Shown here one piece after another: positions 20,001 through 23,396 of a stretch of DNA of 23,396 nt. The stretch lies in the IMG/VR virus record IMGVR_UViG_641522625_000005; one strand, 5' to 3'. The DNA comes from a virus. Its lineage: Duplodnaviria > Heunggongvirae > Uroviricota > Caudoviricetes. The notes under the pieces were generated by a model. The model ran no database searches. It had not been told where the DNA came from and was given only the letters and a program-made list of their open reading frames with translations. Numbering within the stretch: the stretch's first letter is position 1; the number at the start of each line of letters is the position of its first letter. The position numbers and the translations under genes were made by a program.

Positions 20001-20412
20001 AGATTTGGGGACGAAAACCACATCGTCGTTTGATTACGGCACTAAATCCACGAATAACACCGGGGCACATACACACAGTGTGAGCGGCTCTACAAACTCG
20101 GCTGGAGCACACACACACTCACTAGCCAACGTGAACACGGCTAGTGCTAACTCCGGTGCTGGTAGTGCATCAACAAGATTGTCTGTTGTGCATAATCAAA
20201 ACTATGCAACATCATCTGCTGGCGCACATACCCACTCACTGTCCGGCACTGCTGCAAGCGCAGGTGCACACGCGCATACTGTCGGTATTGGTGCTCATAC
20301 GCACTCCGTTGCGATTGGTTCACATGGACACACCATCACCGTTAACGCTGCTGGTAACGCGGAAAACACCGTCAAAAACATCGCATTTAACTATATTGTG
20401 AGGCTTGCATAA
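17050..20412 (+). CDS. stfR: Side tail fibre protein, 1120 aa
   Basis: ATG at 17050 ([27 protein letters not shown]...); long Ala/Ser-rich repeat region; C-terminal GAHTHS His-x-His repeats; stop overlaps the tfaR start (TAATG). Confidence 0.9.
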   Translation: MAVKISGVLKDGTGKPVQNCTIQLKAKRNSTTVVVNTLASENPDEAGRYSMDVEYGQYSVILLVEGFPPSHAGTITVYEDSQPGTLNDFLGAMTEDDARPEALRRFELMVEEVARNASAVAQNTAAAKKSASDASTSAREAATHAADAADSARAASTSAGQAASSAQSASSSAGTASTKATEASKSAAAAESSKSAAATSAGAAKTSETNASASLQSAATSASTATTKASEAATSARDAAASKEAAKSSETNASSSASSAASSATAAGNSAKAAKTSETNARSSETAAGQSASAAAGSKTAAASSASAASTSAGQASASATAAGKSAESAASSASTATTKAGEATEQASAAARSASAAKTSETNAKASETSAESSKTAAASSASSAASSASSASASKDEATRQASAAKSSATTASTKATEAAGSATAAAQSKSTAESAATRAETAAKRAEDIASAVALEDASTTKKGIVQLSSATNSTSETLAATPKAVKSAYDNAEKRLQKDQNGADIPDKGCFLNNINAVSKTDFADKRGMRYVRVNAPAGATSGKYYPVVVMRSAGSVSELASRVIITTATRTAGDPMNNCEFNGFVMPGGWTDRGRYAYGMFWQYQNNERAIHSIMMSNKGDDLRSVFYVDGAAFPVFAFIEDGLSISAPGADLVVNDTTYKFGATNPATECIAADVILDFKSGRGFYESHSLIVNDNLSCKKLFATDEIVARGGNQIRMIGGEYGALWRNDGAKTYLLLTNQGDVYGGWNTLRPFAIDNATGELVIGTKLSASLNGNALTATKLQTPRRVSGVEFDGSKDITLTAAHVAAFARRATDTYADADGGVPWNAESGAYNVTRSGDSYILVNFYTGVGSCRTLQMKAHYRNGGLFYRSSRDGYGFEEDWAEVYTSKNLPPESYPVGAPIPWPSDTVPSGYALMQGQAFDKSAYPKLAAAYPSGVIPDMRGWTIKGKPASGRAVLSQEQDGIKSHTHSASASSTDLGTKTTSSFDYGTKSTNNTGAHTHSVSGSTNSAGAHTHSLANVNTASANSGAGSASTRLSVVHNQNYATSSAGAHTHSLSGTAASAGAHAHTVGIGAHTHSVAIGSHGHTITVNAAGNAENTVKNIAFNYIVRLA

Positions 20413-20987
20413 TGGCATTCAGAATGAGTGAACAACCACGGACCATAAAAATTTATAATCTGCTGGCCGGAACTAATGAATTTATTGGTGAAGGTGATGC
20501 ATATATTCCGCCTCATACAGGTCTGCCAGCAAACAGTACCGATATTGCACCGCCAGATATTCCGGCTGGCTTCGTGGCTGTTTTCAACAGTGATGAGTCA
20601 TCGTGGCATCTCGTTGAAGATCATCGGGGTAAAACGGTTTATGACGTGGCTTCCGGCAACGCGTTATTTATTTCTGAACTCGGTCCGTTACCGGAAAATG
20701 TTACCTGGTTATCGCCGGAAGGGGAGTTTCAGAAGTGGAACGGCACAGCCTGGGTGAAGGATACGGAAGCAGAAAAACTGTTCCGGATCCGGGAGGCGGA
20801 AGAAACAAAAAACAACCTGATGCAGGTAGCCAGTGAGCATATTGCGCCGCTTCAGGATGCTGCAGATCTGGAAATTGCAACGGAGGAAGAAATCTCGTTG
20901 CTGGAAGCATGGAAAAAGTATCGGGTATTGCTGAACCGTGTTGATACGTCAACTGCACAGGATATTGAATGGCCAGCACTGCCGTAG
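20412..20987 (+). CDS. tfaR: Tail fibre assembly protein, 191 aa
   Basis: ATG at 20412 overlapping the stfR stop; 191 aa, the typical Tfa position. Confidence 0.9.
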   Translation: MAFRMSEQPRTIKIYNLLAGTNEFIGEGDAYIPPHTGLPANSTDIAPPDIPAGFVAVFNSDESSWHLVEDHRGKTVYDVASGNALFISELGPLPENVTWLSPEGEFQKWNGTAWVKDTEAEKLFRIREAEETKNNLMQVASEHIAPLQDAADLEIATEEEISLLEAWKKYRVLLNRVDTSTAQDIEWPALP

Positions 20988-21084
20988 GGTAAAACATATA
21001 AATTCTATAATTAGATGTATCTTTCCATTTACGGCAAGGAAGGGGGCTTGGAAGACGTAAAGCATCTCACACCGAGATTATTTT

Positions 21085-21675
21085 TTATATGTCAGGTGTC
21101 TGAAGTTTTGCTTTGGCTCTTAAAATGGTTTGCCGCGAGGTTTTGAATTCCCGGGCAATGGCACTTATACTTACACCTGACTTAATTCGTTCGAATACCA
21201 CCTGTTTCTGTTCTTCATTTAACACAGGAGGTCGACCAAAACGTTTCCCTGCGCCGCGGGCTCTTACTATCCCGGAATGAGTGCGTTCAAGTAAAAGGTC
21301 TCGTTCAAATTCAGCGACTGCTGAAATTACTTGCATCATCATTTTTCCTGTTGGACTGGTCAGGTCAATGCCACCCAATGCTAAGCAATGCACTCTGATA
21401 CCTGTTTCGGTCAGTTGTTCCACTGTTTTCCTGATATCCATTGCATTACAACCAAGGCGATCCAGTTTTGTCACAATCAATTGATCACCACATTTCAGGC
21501 GAGCAAGCAACCGGTTAAAACCAGGACGCTCACTGGTTGCTGCTGAGCCGCTAATGTGTTCTTCGATTATTTGCTGAGGTTTGATTTTAAAACCTGCACT
21601 TTCGATTTCCCGGCGTTGATTTTCGGTGGTCTGATCCAGCGTTGATATCCGACAGTAAGCAAAAATTCGAGACAT
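21085..21675 (-). CDS. pinR: Serine-recombinase DNA invertase (Pin/Gin/Hin family), 196 aa
   Basis: N-terminal catalytic region [23 protein letters not shown]... (Ser in RIST) and C-terminal HTH; convergent with tfaR. Confidence 0.9.
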
Positions 21676-21991
21676 AGTGAGACTCTATACGAAATTGGTG
21701 TTCATATCATAATGCATCTCAGAAAATAATTATGATTATTTTTGTGCATATTTGTATGTACACGTTCGAAAATAAACGAATGCGTATGCAACCCCGTAAT
21801 TTTGGTGAGACCCAAAATCGATTTTGTGAAAAATGGCTTTAACTCGGTTTGTTTTTCGAGTTCCGGGCGGACTCAAGGAAGAAGAATAGTGTTGCGTGTT
21901 ATTTTAACCAGATTTCAAGTTGTTTGGTCGTGGAAAAGTGGAGCAAAATGTTGTTAAAGTGGAAAAATGATAAAAAAGTAAGTTTATTATA

Positions 21992-22225
21992 TTACATTTT
22001 ACCATTTAAATTTTGGTTGTCTTTAAGAACTGATATCGCTGTTTGTAATAATTCTTTGTTATCCAGCCATGATGTTTTCTTTATGTTTCCTTCAATGTAA
22101 TCAAGCAATGTTCTGGTATTGATAGGTCTTCCCTGTTTTGCTACTTCCACTACAGCATCCCCTAGGATAATTCTTACTTCAGGAAGCTGCGCAGGGAACC
22201 ACTTTAGGGTGTCTTTTGATTTCAT
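21992..22225 (-). CDS. ynaE: YnaE small protein, 77 aa
   Basis: ATG at 22225..22223 preceded by AAGGA; an in-frame ATG at 22258 would give 88 aa. Confidence 0.7.
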   Translation of the reverse strand: MKSKDTLKWFPAQLPEVRIILGDAVVEVAKQGRPINTRTLLDYIEGNIKKTSWLDNKELLQTAISVLKDNQNLNGKM

Positions 22226-22347
22226 GAAGATATTCCTTAAAATATTATTGATTTTCATTGCGATATTGTATGTCTGATTCAGGATATGTTGACTTATACA
22301 TCGGTTTTGTCTGGGTTATTGGATATGCCAATCCCTAATTTTATTAG

Positions 22348-23396
<1,049 letters not shown>

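Noticed and set aside
21676-21991. Two plus-strand ORFs (71 and 83 aa) in the AT-rich pinR-ynaE spacer
   Set aside because: AT-rich, no RBS; the region more likely holds the pinR promoter.
22259-22347. Possible prophage right attachment site between ynaE and the second IS5
   Set aside because: Cannot be identified without the left flank beyond the int stop for comparison.

Overview
The window reads as an almost complete defective lambdoid prophage of the Rac type (as in Escherichia coli K-12), with the integrase at the left edge. Gene names rest on my recall of protein lengths, sequences and gene order, not on a database search. Left to right: integrase/excisionase, YdaC, RalR toxin, RecT/RecE recombination module, RacC, YdaE, KilR, SieB, YdaF/YdaG, the RacR repressor flanked by mirror-image operator/promoter elements, Cro-like YdaS, YdaT, a replication module (YdaU, DnaC-like YdaV), AT-rich cargo gene trkG, tail remnants, an IS5 variant inserted in lom, side tail fibre genes stfR/tfaR, invertase PinR, ynaE, and a second IS5 running off the right edge. 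Three deletion scars (ydaW|Rz, ParB-like|tail chaperone, tape measure|lom) explain the defective state. No tRNA, rRNA or CRISPR array was seen. The most interesting signals not explained by the gene list are: (1) a canonical A_AAA_AAG -1 frameshift site at the end of ydaY that would add a 104-codon extension, the G/GT tail-assembly-chaperone arrangement, just upstream of the tape-measure remnant; (2) an iteron cluster plus AT-rich tract plus C7/C7/G5 tract inside ydaU, a candidate origin; (3) near-identical 26-bp inverted operator/promoter elements on both sides of racR; (4) a 5.5-kb tail-fibre/invertase segment bracketed by two diverged, inverted IS5 copies.
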